Shown here in pieces: positions 48,761 through 61,719 of a stretch of 64,000 nucleotides of DNA (positions are counted from its first letter, which is position 1; the number at the start of each line of letters is the position of its first letter). This DNA is from Glycera tridactyla (Eukaryota). The notes under the pieces were generated by a model. The model was not told the origin of the DNA, made no database searches, and was given only the letters and a program-made list of their open reading frames with translations. Where the stretch lies: positions 31,124,001-31,188,000 of the forward strand of contig OZ286473.1 of the NCBI GenBank assembly GCA_965644265.1, in the 5' to 3' direction. The position numbers and the translations under genes were made by a program.

Positions 48761-49481
48761 CATTGAGCACAGCTGCTTGCTACCTGTCATTTACGTTTCC
48801 ATCCTGCATCTGCATTGAGCACAGCTGCTTGCTACATGTCATTCACGTTTCCATCCTGCATCTGCATTGAGCACAGCTGCTTGCTACATGTCATTCACGT
48901 TTCCATCCTGCATCTGCATTGAGCACAGCTGCTTGCTACATGTCATTCACGTTTCAATCCTGCATCTGCATCGAGCAAAGCTGCTTGCTACATGTCATTC
49001 ACGTTTCCATCCTGCATCTGCATTGAGCACAGCTGCTTGCTACATGTCATTCACGTTTCCATCCTGCATCTGCATTGAGCACAGCTGTGTGCTACCTGTC
49101 ATTTACGCTTCCATCCTGCATGTGCATTGAGCACAGCTATTCGCTACCTGTCATTTACGTTTCCATCCTGCATCTGCATTGAGCACAGCTGACGCGACCT
49201 GTCATTTACGTTTCCATCCGGCATCTGCATTGAGCACAGCTGTTCGCTACCTGTCATTTACGTTTCCATCCTGCATCTGCATTGAGCACAGCTGTTTGCT
49301 ACCTGTCATTTACGTTTCCATCCTGCATCTGCATTGAGCACAGTTGTTCGCTACCTGTCATTTACGTTCCCATCCTACATCTGCATTGAGCACAGCTGTC
49401 TGCTACCTGTCATTTACGTTTCCATCCTGCATCTGCATTGAGCACAGCTGTTTGCTAACTGTCATTTACGTTTCCATCCTG
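48761..49481. repeat. 52-bp minisatellite, ~14 units
   Basis: CATTGAGCACAGCTGCTTGCTACATGTCATTCACGTTTCCATCCTGCATCTG in tandem. Confidence 0.97.
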
Positions 49482-50129
49482 CTTATCCCTATTATCTGAA
49501 ACAATCCACTGCATGGTCTTGCAGCGGGCAATTCCCTCAAGTTATCGAAGTGCGCATCTTTATCTGCCTAGTCCGATTCTACTCTCGTTCCTCTGTCTTT
49601 AGAATTAGAATCAGAATCAGAATTAGAACTACTTGTTAACCGATCTCAGATAATCATACATCTTTGCCTAATACTCATACTGTATATATCACAGTTTTCT
49701 ACTCTGTCTACTTTTTCTAAATATATATTTTTCGATTTGTTAATTGTTGATGATGTTACTGGTATGTGCGTCTGCCCGAAAAAAAGCTTCAAATATGAGG
49801 AAACTGTTCATTTTGATGAAAGAAAATAAAGGAATATCAATCAATCAATCAGGTTGTACCTATCAAAGCATGTCAATACCCTTATGTGATTCCTCACCAC
49901 TAACTCTGATTGCTCCATCTCACTCCACTCTGCTCCATATTTATCATGATTTATCATGATTCACTAAAATTGGAATATTGTATTCGATGCATCGAATTGA
50001 AGCTAGAAGTTAACATCAATGTACTTCCGTTCACATGAACAATTATCAAATACCACCTAGGTTTCAAGGCTGAAAGACTTTTAACATATTACATGCCACG
50101 TACGATGTCGGATTATCTCATTATGGATG

Positions 50130-50200
50130 CATTGGTTTGGTTGAGATTTGACGGGATGCATCAACCGAGAAGATTATGTATGCCATGTGTTCCTGGTCAT
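50130..50200 (-). mobile_element. SINE-like family copy 7 (short)
   Basis: TTGGTTTGGTTGAG..ATCAACC..TTATGTATGCCATGTGTTCCTGGTC. Confidence 0.5.
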
Positions 50201-51309
50201 GACTGGAATTCTTATGGAGTAGTCCTGTGAAGATTACCCAGGATCATCATGTATCGTGCTCATTTATATGATAAATAAGCACACAGATGAATCGACATAC
50301 GAAGGAAATATGCAACTTTCATAGTTGTTTCATGAGGCAATGGGATTTGGGCTATGTTCTTATGAGGCAATGTGTTTCCCTTTAATACATGTAGTATCCT
50401 GGCATTAACATTCACCCACAGAGGAAATGAGCAATCCCGAGACAATAAATGCTCACTAATGGGGCCAGGACTATGTTATGTGGATGTAGGGGGAGTAGTG
50501 GATGTCTGTCGAGATGGTGAGGAGTTGCACTGATTGTTATGAGATGCGGAAGCAGCTGAGATGTGATGATGATGTCACAAGTGATGAATTACAACTTCTA
50601 AGGCGGATGCAGCCGTGATAGGGAACCTGCAGACTCAATCCTTTTACTCATTTGATAAGGCTTTGTGAAAGCATCATATAAACCCATACATTTTCATTGG
50701 CTGTGCCAAGTTGACCAAAAGGCACATCTCCACTCGAAACAGATTGGTGCATAAGAATTATGAACAAGCTCAAAATGCTTTAACTGATACTCATGATGTG
50801 CATTGAAAATGAGCTCAAATTGGGAGAAAAGTAGAGAGAATCCAGACGTCTAGTATCGAACCCACAGGACAGCCAACAATGATAAAGAGCTATCAAAGTG
50901 ATTCACACAATGCAGACATGCCTTCAGAAAAAGCCTACCGGATTACATGGGAATTTTATGTGCAGTGTATCACCATCAATTGAATCCAATCCAAAACTGA
51001 TGAAATTTCTTCAAATTTCTGTCATATAAACTGCAGACCAAAGCCGCAATTGCTAGAGGGAAGGCCACCACAAGGCAGGCATCCTTAGAAAATATGAACA
51101 CTAAAAATATTTTACCATGTTGGTGAGTTATGGAAAGTAGTGAAAAATGGAAACTGCAGTTGAACATGGAAATACTTCTAGTCTGATGACACTAGTCGGA
51201 TGGCATTTCACCAAACATCTTCATCAATATTCACAAATGACATTTCATATTTTACTCATGTGAGTGATACGTGTGTCGACATGAACATTCATAATTAATG
51301 TAATTTTTT

Positions 51310-51490
51310 GTATGGCTCAATGGCATATATCAATCTAGAGGATTATATATGCCATGTGTTCCTGGTCTATGAAAGCTAGATGTTCTCTCACATATAGACA
51401 TCACTCTCACAGACCCTGGACAGAAAATGATGGGGAACATGGAAGGTCGTTGAGAGGAAGTGGCTGGCATTTCAGACCCATCTCCACCTA
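51310..51490 (-). mobile_element. SINE-like family copy 8
   Basis: GGCATATATCAATC..GCCATGTGTTCCTGGTC..GCTAGATGTTCTCT..GACATCACTCTCACA. Confidence 0.6.
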
Positions 51491-51623
51491 TTCTTATTTG
51501 TATTAGTTAGGTATCGTGTCTCTCTTTCTATCCTTGTACATGTGACTCGTTTGTGCTGGAGAAAGCATACAAAACTGTAGATATTCCTTCAATACTAGAT
51601 TGAATAAAGTTGATCTTTCTTCA

Positions 51624-51624
<1 letters not shown>

Positions 51625-51682
<58 letters not shown>
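51625..51682. repeat. (TA)n microsatellite
   Basis: Direct observation. Confidence 0.97.
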
Positions 51683-51684
<2 letters not shown>

Positions 51685-52317
51685 AAAATAAACATGTTAA
51701 ACCTGAAGATGATATTCCAAACTGTGATACTGGCTGAAACTGATAATCAAACCTGATAGTAATGCGTTTTCTTTTCAGTAAAGTTCAGTACTTGAAACAA
51801 GGAAAAACATCCGGCCTGGAGAAAAAATCCATTCCGACTGAATAGTTCCGCTCATGTGATACCTTTGTTAATATTCACATTCATGATGAATCGAAACGTG
51901 CGGGCAAGTCCAAAGCTCAGACACAGTGTTGGATATCAGGTGAGATTTGGAGACATCTGTCTCACATCTGAGTGTGCTGTCTCATATTCTGAAAAAGCGG
52001 TGAGACAAATGTCCAAGTTCAGTCAGACGTCGGAGCAAACCCTTGTAACATTTATTCCATATTTGTATAGATTGTCTCACATTTTGTATAGTGGTGAAAC
52101 GAATGACTCACTTCATCCATACCTCAGAGCCAACACTGCAGACGGTAATCACTGCAAGTTTTACGCGCTTTAGATCATCACGAATTCATCTTTTGAAGAA
52201 AAAAAAAACGCTATCGTATTTCCATTGACCATCATGAATCCATAATTTGGAAGAATTCAAGCAATTGTTTCCGAATTGTTTGCCTTTTGTCGAGAGAGTA
52301 CGTTCCAGTCACTCTCT

Positions 52318-52675
52318 GATCGATATGATAATATTCTTCATGGATTTTTCGATATCGATATGATAATATTCTTCATGGATTTTTCGATATCGATATGATA
52401 ATATTCTTCATGGATTTTTTCGATATCGATATGATAATATTCTTCATGGATTTTTCGATATCGATATGATAATATTCTTCATGGATTTTTTCAATATCGA
52501 TATGATAATATTCTTCATGGATTTTTCGATATCGATATGATAATATTCTTCATGGATTTTTTCGATATCGATATGATAATATTCTTCATGGATTTTTCGA
52601 TATCGATATGATAATATTCTTCATGGATTTTTTCGATATCGATATGATAATATTCTTCATGGATTTTTTCGATAT
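52318..52675. repeat. 35/36-bp minisatellite, ~10 units
   Basis: GATATCGATATGATAATATTCTTCATGGATTTTT(T)C; units differ mainly in T-run length. Confidence 0.97.
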
Positions 52676-53509
52676 GGAATATGTCCTGTTGGCCCATGTG
52701 CCAATGAAGATGACCATTCGAGTGATTGCAGACAACTCTCGATGTCCTTTTCAAACAAAAATCAAGTTTCCTTAGGAGAGGGCGTTGAAACGCCAATCCA
52801 TCAATCAGTATTCAGGCAATATCGGGTGCTGTTGGGGCAGCAAACTTTTTGACAACAATGTCAAACAATTTATAAATCACTCAACAGAGTGATGGTGATT
52901 TGGACAACAATTTCAAACAATTCATAACTCATGTCAACAGATACAGCGGTGGTGGCCATCCGAATATCCTCTTCAAACAAAAAACAACAGGTGATCTCGT
53001 TTTCCAGGAAAGGACGTGTAAATGTCACCGTGGTATAATTGATGAAAGCAGATGCGGATGGATTAGGCAAAACTGACTGTCAAACTGGAGGCAATTTGGT
53101 CAGCAAACATTCTGACAACAATTTCAAACTAGAATTTCAGTGAGGCACCTCCTCACTCAATATGTCTCCCCAAGACTTTGTAATTATTCACTACCAGGAT
53201 ACATGCCTGGGTCCACCTGCTTGCTTATTCATCTTCAAGTGAGCATGCACACTGAGAAGCTAGACATTATTGGTTGACAACTATCCTTTGAGTGACCAAT
53301 GATGTAGTATACCTAGTCATGAGTATGAAAATGCGTCCTGGGGTATGAGGTGTACTGGGGTACAGGAGGGGGGGGTCTCTTTGTGTTGGATTTGTCCTCG
53401 AGAATATGCCTAGGCATCAGAGGAGTTCAGTTGAACTTGGGTCAGGGGTTTGAGTGGAATCTTGCTGACAAGGGGAGCTCTTGATCAGGTCTTGATCAGT
53501 GACCCAGGA

Positions 53510-54050
53510 AACTAGAACAATTCACCAAGTGAGATTTGTCCATTTTCTCAAATTCTGAAAATAGCTCCTGTGACCTTGACCTTTGACCTTTTGGCACCAT
53601 ACCAGTGTATCACCACTAGCCTGTAGATGCACACTGAGATGGCAACCCCAAAATCTTGCCATAGCCTGGGAATGTCTGTACACCAAGTTTGTCAAAGCCA
53701 CCCCTGTAATTTATGAAGTGATTGTCCAGAAACTCTTTCGACCTTTTTTCCATTAAGTGACCTTGAAATTGAAGATGGCCACTGAAAAATCGATGGGTGT
53801 GTTGCCATAGTCTGAGAGGCTGTACACCAAGTTTCAGAAGGCTACCCCCGAAACTCATGAAGTTATTGTCCGGAAACCATTTTGCACTCAGTGACCTTGG
53901 AATCCAAGATGTAAATCCATAGTCTAGGAAAGGAGGTACACAAAGTTTGAGCGGCTAGCCCTGAAATTCATGAAGTAATTGTCCGGAAACCATCATTTCT
54001 TTCACCCACCCAACCAACAGGGGGTAGGGGGGAGGGGCCGGTAGCCATAA
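53510..54050 (+). mobile_element. HINE-like element with ~130-bp internal repeats
   Basis: AACTAGAAC start; repeated GTGACCTTG..TGTACACCAAGTTT..TTATTGTCCGGAAAC units. Confidence 0.55.
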
Positions 54051-54143
54051 CTCTCAAATTGCTAACAGCAATTGGATACCAGTATCACAAGTATGGTAGC
54101 CATGGGATATTCACACATAGCAACATGGAGCATGTACATGCAT

Positions 54144-54178
<35 letters not shown>

Positions 54179-54336
54179 AGTGAACCAACACAGGTGTAGG
54201 GGTATGACTTTCAAATTGCTAACAGCAATCATATACCAATATGCCATGTATACTAGCCATTGGTTATTCATGGGTAGCAACAAGGAGCACACACATGTGT
54301 GTGCGCACACACACACACACACACACACAAGCATAA

Positions 54337-54370
<34 letters not shown>

Positions 54371-54516
54371 ACACACACACACAAATAGGGAAGTTAATTA
54401 ATTTGGGGCTTTTGTTTGAGGAGAGAGGGGAGATGAAATCAACGAGAAGTCATTGAAGCATGACCAAGGAGCACTGTATGATCGGAAAAATCTTACATAA
54501 CCATCAATGGAGAGGC

Positions 54517-54813
54517 AACAGAAGTAGTTCATTTCGGGAAGGTCACAATAGAGACTGAGTTTAATTAAGGTTGGTACCTCTTTGGTGAAATTTTGGTGAA
54601 ATTTAGGCCTCTTGTGATCTTGAAAATTATGTCACATGGACCAAAATCTAATCAGTTCATCGGACTATGCCAACGGATATGCCCTCCAAATTTCATCCAA
54701 TTCGGATGAGTAGTTTTGCTGCAATCGTGCTCACAAGGTTTTGTGACGGACAGACGGACAGACGGACAATGCGAATTCTATATGTCTCCCCATCGGGGGG
54801 GGGGGAGACAAAA
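54517..54813 (+). mobile_element. Short HINE
   Basis: AACAGAAG start, one core unit, (GGAC/AGAC)n, hairpin TGTCTCCCC..GGGGAGACA, AAAA. Confidence 0.7.
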
Positions 54814-57046
54814 TGATTCATAACTCAGACAAGAGATGCATCAGCGGCGGCGATTCGGACTGAACATCCTCTTCAAACAAAAACAACAGGAGATCTTGTT
54901 TTCCAGGAAAGGGCGTTGGAATGTCACTGTGGTATCAATGATGAAAGCAGATGGGGATGGATTAGGCAAAACTGACGGCAAACTGGAGGCAATTTGGTCA
55001 GCAAACATTTTGACAACAATTTCAAACAATTGATAACCCGTCAACAGATACGGCGGCGGTGATTCGAACATCCTCTTCAAACAAAAACAGGAAAGGGCGT
55101 TGAGATTGGGATGGATTAGACAAACTTGAGGCAATTTGGTCAGCGAACATTTCGACAACAATTCACAACTCACGACAGCAGATGATGCGGTGTTGGTGGC
55201 CATTCGAACATCCTCTTCAGACAAAAACAACAAGAGATCTTGTTTTCTAGGATAGGGCACTGAAATGTCACTTTGGTATCAATGATTGAAGTAGATGAGG
55301 ATGGATCAGGCAAAACTGGAGGCAAACATTTTGACAACATGTTCGAACAATTCATAACTCAGTCAAGAGATGCAGCAGCAACGATGATTTGGACTTCAAA
55401 CAAAAACAAGAGAGCTTGTTTTCTAGGAAAGGGCGTTGAAATGTCACTTTGGTATCATTGATGGAAGCAGATGGGGATGGATTAGGCGAGCCGGTACAGC
55501 TGCTGCATGTTTTAACGGATAACATATTACGTAAGCCATCCATCAATGCCTCCAACACAGATAAACTTGAAATTGTTTCGCTCCCTCTGACACCGGCAGC
55601 ATTCATCAGGACCTGCCTGGAAACCACGGAATACGTCTCTCCCACAGAATCACCAAAAATCACTTGAAATCACCGAAAATCAGCAAAATTCTGTGATTCT
55701 TTTTTTCAGATGAAAATGAATTTTCAGATTACCCACCACCACCCCCCCCCCCCATTTGATCACATAAATCATTTGTATAGAGTATATGTACATACAGCAT
55801 CAATGCGACATTGTATGGTATTCCTTTATTATGATTGATGCTGTTTGATTATTCAATCAAAACAAAAATACATCATGGAAGTAAACAGAAAGTCAGAAAG
55901 ATCCTCTGAGTGGAGTCTGTGAGTTTCCTGGATTTCCACCTTCTTCTGGGACACAGGGGTCCATTACATGGGCGTCTCAGGTGAGTAGCTATGAATATGT
56001 ATGTTATGTGTACATCACATTCGAAACCGATTGAGAGACCACCTCTATACGAAACCCACTTGCTTCCAAAGGCAACTCTAAGCTGTGAACATTATCGTAT
56101 TCCCCACAGTGAACAACCTCTCACAACCACCTCCTATAACGACCACATTTGTTGAGATACTGTTCCACAACTTAGCAGTTTGAAACATAAAGCCTGAAAG
56201 AGGGATATTAACTAACATCAAAGGGATGGTGACATCCTGCTCCTGGTAGTCAATTTTGAATTCTATTTCCATCCTAGAATAAAGTGAAATAGCCATGTTG
56301 GGGATATTTAGACAGTGATGAGAGCTCAGGTGACTTAGCAATTTAACGCTGTAAAAGACACCTGTCAATATCCATAAATCTACAAGATGGCTACCAGACT
56401 ATGTTTTTAGGATACATTTGAGAGTAAAATTTCGCTGGCTGATGTGATTGGGTTCAACAAGAATATTTGATGGGAATGATGGTTACAATACCTTTATATT
56501 GCATATCAGGCAGTGGAAATATATGCCACCTGCCTGATATGTTTTGGGTTCGAAATAAATTTGGACGGGGAGTGATGAGTCAAATTGGACATGCAGTTCT
56601 AGAACCGGAGTGAATGAGTTGCTTGGTTCTTTTTTAACGTCACGTCAGCTCCATTTGTGCTATATCGTGACGCCCATGCAATGAGCATGGGAGGGATCAT
56701 TCGAGTCTCCTCCTACTGTCACCAATATTGGCGGGAAATTATAAAATTGACAGACACTCAAGGTGTCATTTCTGTTCATGGTGGTACCTTGTGAACATGG
56801 GATTGATTCACATGGCTTCGCCAAGGTCAGCTATTTTTTGGCCACTGTGTTCGACAGTTAACATGGGATGGAGTGAATGGGTTTCCACTGGAATACCTAT
56901 AGTGACAAAAATCTTCTCTAATATCATTAGGCCCACAATTATTGCGTGATTGATTTGAGACTGATTTTTCCTAAGCTATGTGGCACCAGACTACAGAAAA
57001 TCAATGACCTGCGGGAGACATGGGCATGATTGACTCTTGAACCTGA

Positions 57047-57131
57047 CCCATAAGGCATAGTCCGATATGAATCGGGCGTCACTAGTGACCAAGATGTGAC
57101 ACAACATCTATATCGGACCTTGCCCCATGGG
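57047..57131. mobile_element. Degenerate palindromic element
   Basis: CCCATAAGGCATAGTCCGATAT pairs imperfectly with ATATCGGACCTTGCCCCATGGG. Confidence 0.5.
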
Positions 57132-57361
57132 CCTAATACGATAATTGACTATATGACTGTAGGTAATCAGCAATAGTTATTGCTTCTCTAGTGATATATA
57201 ACTCACGAAGAATTCCGGAAAGTTGTAAATGCAAACATAGAGGTTCAAAGTATGGTTTAGTGAACGCATCCACAGGACTTCCCAATCACATTCCTTGAAT
57301 TCAATCCTATGATTATACTTTCCTTATTATTGATGCAAAATACAATTTCCCACACGCATGC

Positions 57362-57571
57362 AAACATTATCTTAACTGGAAGGTAACACCTGATTGAATA
57401 AACAAGATTATTACAAACATTATCTTAACTTGAAAATAACACCTAATTGAATAACAAGATTATTACAAACGTTGTCTCATCCTGAAAATAACACCTAATT
57501 GAATAAACAAGCTTATTACATACATTATCTTAACTTGGAAACGACACCTAATTGAATAAACAAGATTATTA
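57362..57571. repeat. ~53-bp tandem repeat, 4 units
   Basis: AAACATTATCTTAACT..ACACCTAATTGAATAAACAAGATTATTAC. Confidence 0.9.
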
Positions 57572-57764
57572 TACGAGTTCAAATGGTCTACAAATACCAA
57601 ATAAGCACAACTAGCCGGGATAGTGAATGAATCAGTAGTTAACGATACCACAACGAATCAGACAGTTCGGTCACCCACCAAGGCACGCTCGTACATGCCA
57701 GCGAAAGTTCTTTCAGCATGAATGGTCCATTTCGGAATTTGAGGAAATACATTGATTGGTTCGT

Positions 57765-57960
57765 TGGTTAGTTGGTGGGTTGATTGGTTGGTTGGGTCCT
57801 ATGGCGTGTACCAACTCATTGTATCGTGTATGCTGCATTTCGAAGATATATGAGGCCGAGTGGATGAGCTATCCTCTGCAGGCATCACTCTCACGCACCA
57901 TGAACCCATGACGATGGGGAGCTAGTACTATCAGACGGGTAGAGCCGACACACATATGAA
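57765..57960 (-). mobile_element. SINE-like family copy 9 (diverged)
   Basis: (GGTT)n tail, GGCGTGTACCAAC, CTGCAGGCATCACTCTCAC..GATGGGG. Confidence 0.5.
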
Positions 57961-58009
57961 GTAGACTGGGTAACATGTATGCCGTAAGGGACTTGTACAA
58001 TGCTTGCTT

Positions 58010-58160
58010 CTTTGTTTGTTTGAGGTTCGATGGCATGTATCAATCCAGAGGGTCATGTATGTCATGTGTTTCTGGTCGATGAAAGTTGGATGTTCTCGCC
58101 CCTGCGGACTTCTCTCTCACAAACCCCGAACACAAGATGATGGGAAACTTGAAAGAGACC
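58010..58160 (-). mobile_element. SINE-like family copy 10
   Basis: TTTGTTTGTTTGAGGTT..GGCATGTATCAATCC..CACAAACCCCGAACACAAGATGATGGG. Confidence 0.65.
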
Positions 58161-58671
58161 TATATAACCAGGTGGAAGGTTACTCTAGACCAGAACAATT
58201 CTTGATGAATGTTGACCTTCTACGGTGTAGCATCCCCAGTAGAAAATAAATTAAACATTACGCTTTGAGCGTTAATGGCTAGGGATTGAGACATTGAGGC
58301 TGACAAATCACAATATTATTCATTAAAAGATTGGAGATTATTCAAACTCAAATTCAAATTGAGATTCGAATCAGATCTGGTAAACCATAGTCCCAGGCAC
58401 CCGGCGCCTTTCGACATCACACAGTCAAGAATTTGCACACAGAGTGCGATCAACAACGACGATGCGCCACCATACGTCTGCCTCCCTACTCTTCCCTCTC
58501 CTCATTAAATAAGAGACACAAAAGAAAGTAGGAACTTCACAAAATGGAGACTAAACAACATAAGATGGAACACAGACACGACAAAAGGAAAAGTGTGCAA
58601 GGGATGCGGAAAAAACAGAAGGTGGAATTCTACACACCTTGACACAATGTGAAAAACCGGAAATAGACATA

Positions 58672-58849
58672 CAGTCAAACCTGTTTATAAAGGTCACCTA
58701 CGGTCGCATCAAAAAGTGGCCTTTATATGCAGGTGGCCTTTATAGAGAGGTAATTTACTGTTGAAAGTATTAGAACGGTCCCAGCTCAGGGTGGCCTTTA
58801 CAAGCAGGTGGCATTTATAGAGAGGTGACCTCTTGAGCAGGTTCAACTG
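58672..58849. mobile_element. Complete Tc1/mariner-type MITE with TA target duplication
   Basis: TA|CAGTCAAACCTG ... CAGGTTCAACTG|TA, with internal GTGGCCTTTAT/AGAGAGGT subterminal repeats. Confidence 0.85.
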
Positions 58850-58864
58850 TATCATGGAATTGAA

Positions 58865-59520
58865 AACTAGAAAGGTGTCCATAGGACACGGATGCCTCCG
58901 CTGAGACTGATCTATGAGTGAGCGACACAATTTTTGCAAATAACATGTCGTCTTCATATGATGATCATGTGTACCGATTTATTTGAAATCCTACCATGGA
59001 AGACAAAGTTATGGGCCAGACAAAGATTGACCAATCAGAGGCCACTCACTGAAATGTGGCAGATTGTGCATGCAAAACATCATCCTCATATGATGATCAT
59101 TTGCACCTATTTATTTGAGAATTCAGTCATGGATGGCAAAGTTATGGGCCAGACTCGAATCAACCAACCAGAGGCAACCATCTGGTGGGAACTCACTCAA
59201 GCATGACAGTTTTTGCTCATGACACATTGTCCTCATATGATGATCATGTGTATCAAGTTGTATGAAAATCCAGTCATGGATGGCAAAGTTGTGGGCCGGA
59301 CATGAATCTATCAATCAGAGGCCACCATTTGGCAGGAAATCACTCAAGCATGATGGTTCTTGCTCATGACACATTCCCCCCATATGATGATCATGTGTAC
59401 CAAGTTTTATGAAAATCCAGTCATGGATGGCAAAGTTATGGGCCGGACACGGAAAGGACACATACACACACACACACACGGACAGGGTAAACACTATATG
59501 CCTTCGCCATGATATAAAAA
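58865..59520 (+). mobile_element. Second copy of the 41401 HINE family, shorter array (~3-4 units), damaged 3' hairpin
   Basis: AACTAGAAAGGTGTCCAT.GGACACGGATGCCTCC start; identical end CACGGACAGGGTAAACACTATATGCCTTC. Confidence 0.85.
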
Positions 59521-59719
59521 GCGAATGAACAAACGCAAAAAGATATGATAAAACACATGCTGACTGACGGAGAAGCAGAAAATATGCGATACAGGGAGGA
59601 AGGAATGAAAACCTGGGAGGAAAATGAATGCCCAGCCACCACTGTAGAGGGAGGCGCATGAACATACCAGAAGGGCAAGCACACACAATGTAGTGCACAC
59701 AAACACACGCGCACACACA

Positions 59720-59930
59720 CACACTCACAACCTCTCCCTCTCGCACTGTCTCTCCTCACCTTCCACCCTCGCTCTCAATCCGTTCCAATTTAAGTCTCTC
59801 CCTGCCTCTATTCGCCTCACTGTCTCTCACTCTATCTCTCTCCCTGTCTCTCACCGACTCCCTCTCTCTCTCTTTCTCTCTCTCCCTCCACCTCCCTCTC
59901 TCTATCTCTCTCTGTCTTTATTTGTCACTC
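59720..59930. repeat. CT-rich low-complexity tract
   Basis: Direct observation. Confidence 0.85.
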
Positions 59931-60236
59931 TTTGTTCCCCTCTCTGCCGTTACTGGCACTCATTAGGACTTGTTCTGATTGTACTGTGGGAAAAAAACTC
60001 ACTGTGTATTTCTTCAGCAAGAAAACGACACTCACCTGGAACAGGAGAAAAACACTGATATTTAGTATTGAAATCAATGAAAATGATAATAGTATGATTT
60101 TAATTGGCAATAACAGCAGATTTCACATCTACATTATTTTACACAAAGCGCACATGCAAGTAAACCTTCCAGTATGTTCGTAATATTGTCACCAAAAGTC
60201 ACTGGGGTCATAGAAGAAAGGCATTTCCTCAGGATA

Positions 60237-60383
60237 TACAATCGAACCTGTCCTAAGCATGCACTGTACTGAGCAGGAAACTTCACTGAGCATCCATGCT
60301 GTATTCATTCTGTAAGTAGAGTTTCACATTGATTTTCCTCACTAAGCATGCACTCCTGCATTTTTCTTATAGGTTCAGCTGTA
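60237..60383. mobile_element. Degenerate TA-flanked MITE
   Basis: TACAATCGAACCTG ... TAGGTTCAGCTGTA, with internal CTAAGCATGCACT repeats. Confidence 0.55.
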
Positions 60384-60779
60384 TGCAGTTCTTGAGACAC
60401 ACTCAGTTGATGTCCAAAAACACTTTGTAATTTGCAGAAGATATTCTTTGAAGCCTGCTAAACATATCAATGAATCAGATTCTGTATTCCTAGACCAACG
60501 AATGATTTAGTGCATTTCTTCGAATTTGGTACTTTTGCCAATTAGGGTCGTATGAGAATGAGGTATTTTCTCTCCCCAATTCAAAAGACTACTAAACATG
60601 CAGCTCATCTTTTGTCTCGAATCAGTTAGCTTGAATGTGCCGATATTGAGGAACGAATTATATTCTCGGTTCAGGATGCATGTTCTCAGTAGAGTATACT
60701 AGAACATTCGACAGGGTCATAACTTTCAGCCAAGTAGGTCCAAAAATGTTGTGAAACAAGAGCGCCCACATGCGCCGAG

Positions 60780-60880
60780 AGATCTCCGAGAGAGAGAGGG
60801 AGGAAGAGAGAAAGAGAGAGAGGGGGAGGGAGGAAGAGAGAGGAAGACAGCCAGACAGACAGACAGACAGACAGACAGAT
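60780..60880. repeat. (GA)n/(CAGA)n microsatellite
   Basis: Direct observation. Confidence 0.9.
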
Positions 60881-60984
60881 AGACCCTCTCGCTGTGACCT
60901 AATTCATCTCTTTATTAATACGCTGCCTCGCACACACTTGCTTTTTGCACGTAGCACATCTTCATCCGTGCTCTCGCGATCTTT

Positions 60985-61250
60985 GTGCTGCGATAATCGG
61001 CCACAAAAACCAGTATACAGAGAATTCCCGATTACATAATCGCTACATTTCCTCGAATTGCCAATCATCAGATAAAAAGAAACATCTCAAAATTGTGTTA
61101 GATTAGATCATTAGCACCTTGTACACAGCTCCGATAAAGATCCATATGATTATATCCGCAATGATAGTCAGAATTGGCGAAGAAAGTATGCAGGTCGAGC
61201 AGAGAGGTGATAGCATAGAGATCTCCACCCGCAGGCGGAGATCTCAAAAA
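60985..61250 (-). pseudogene. Second diverged copy of the unknown coding fragment at 1915-2150
   Basis: ATCGGCCACAAAAAC..ACATTTCCTC.AATTG..AAATTGTGTTAGATT.GATCATT..CGAGCAGAGAGGTG.TAGCATAG.GATCTCCA, colinear with 1918-2148. Confidence 0.7.
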
Positions 61251-61719
61251 GTATCTATGATATTCAACATGGACAAGTCATCGTAACAGAAGCTGTGAGT
61301 GGCGAGGTTATCGGCCATTTTCTCAACTCTGTTATTCAGCTGTGTACTTTGTGACAGCCTTGGTGACTTCTTTCACGATGGCTACAACTGTAGCACAATA
61401 TCATCAGGACTGCTATCAATGATAATGTTATTCTATATATATTGTTATGATGTTCGTCCTTCTGTCTGTCAGTTCCTACATCCGCCCTACACCCAGCCAC
61501 TCTCTTATACACTCGCATATTCATTCATTCTTGCATTCATCCGTTTAGTCATCTTCCCTTTTTTTTTGCAATACCGGTGTCTATGTTCATTCACTTTAAT
61601 CATTTATTCATCAATTGTTCAATTTATCCTTACATCCACCAACCCACCCACTCACTCGTTCACCAGTCTAACCGTTCATCGGTCCATACGCCCATTCACA
61701 CATCCGTTCATTCTGTTAT

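Larger units (their letters stand above)
52740..55460 (+). pseudogene. Degenerate ~180-220-bp coding-like repeats (52740-53130 and 54840-55460) split by later insertions
   Basis: Recurrent frame EHPLQTKTTGDLVFQERAL.CH.GINDESR.GWIRQN, with synonymous differences between units. Confidence 0.4.
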
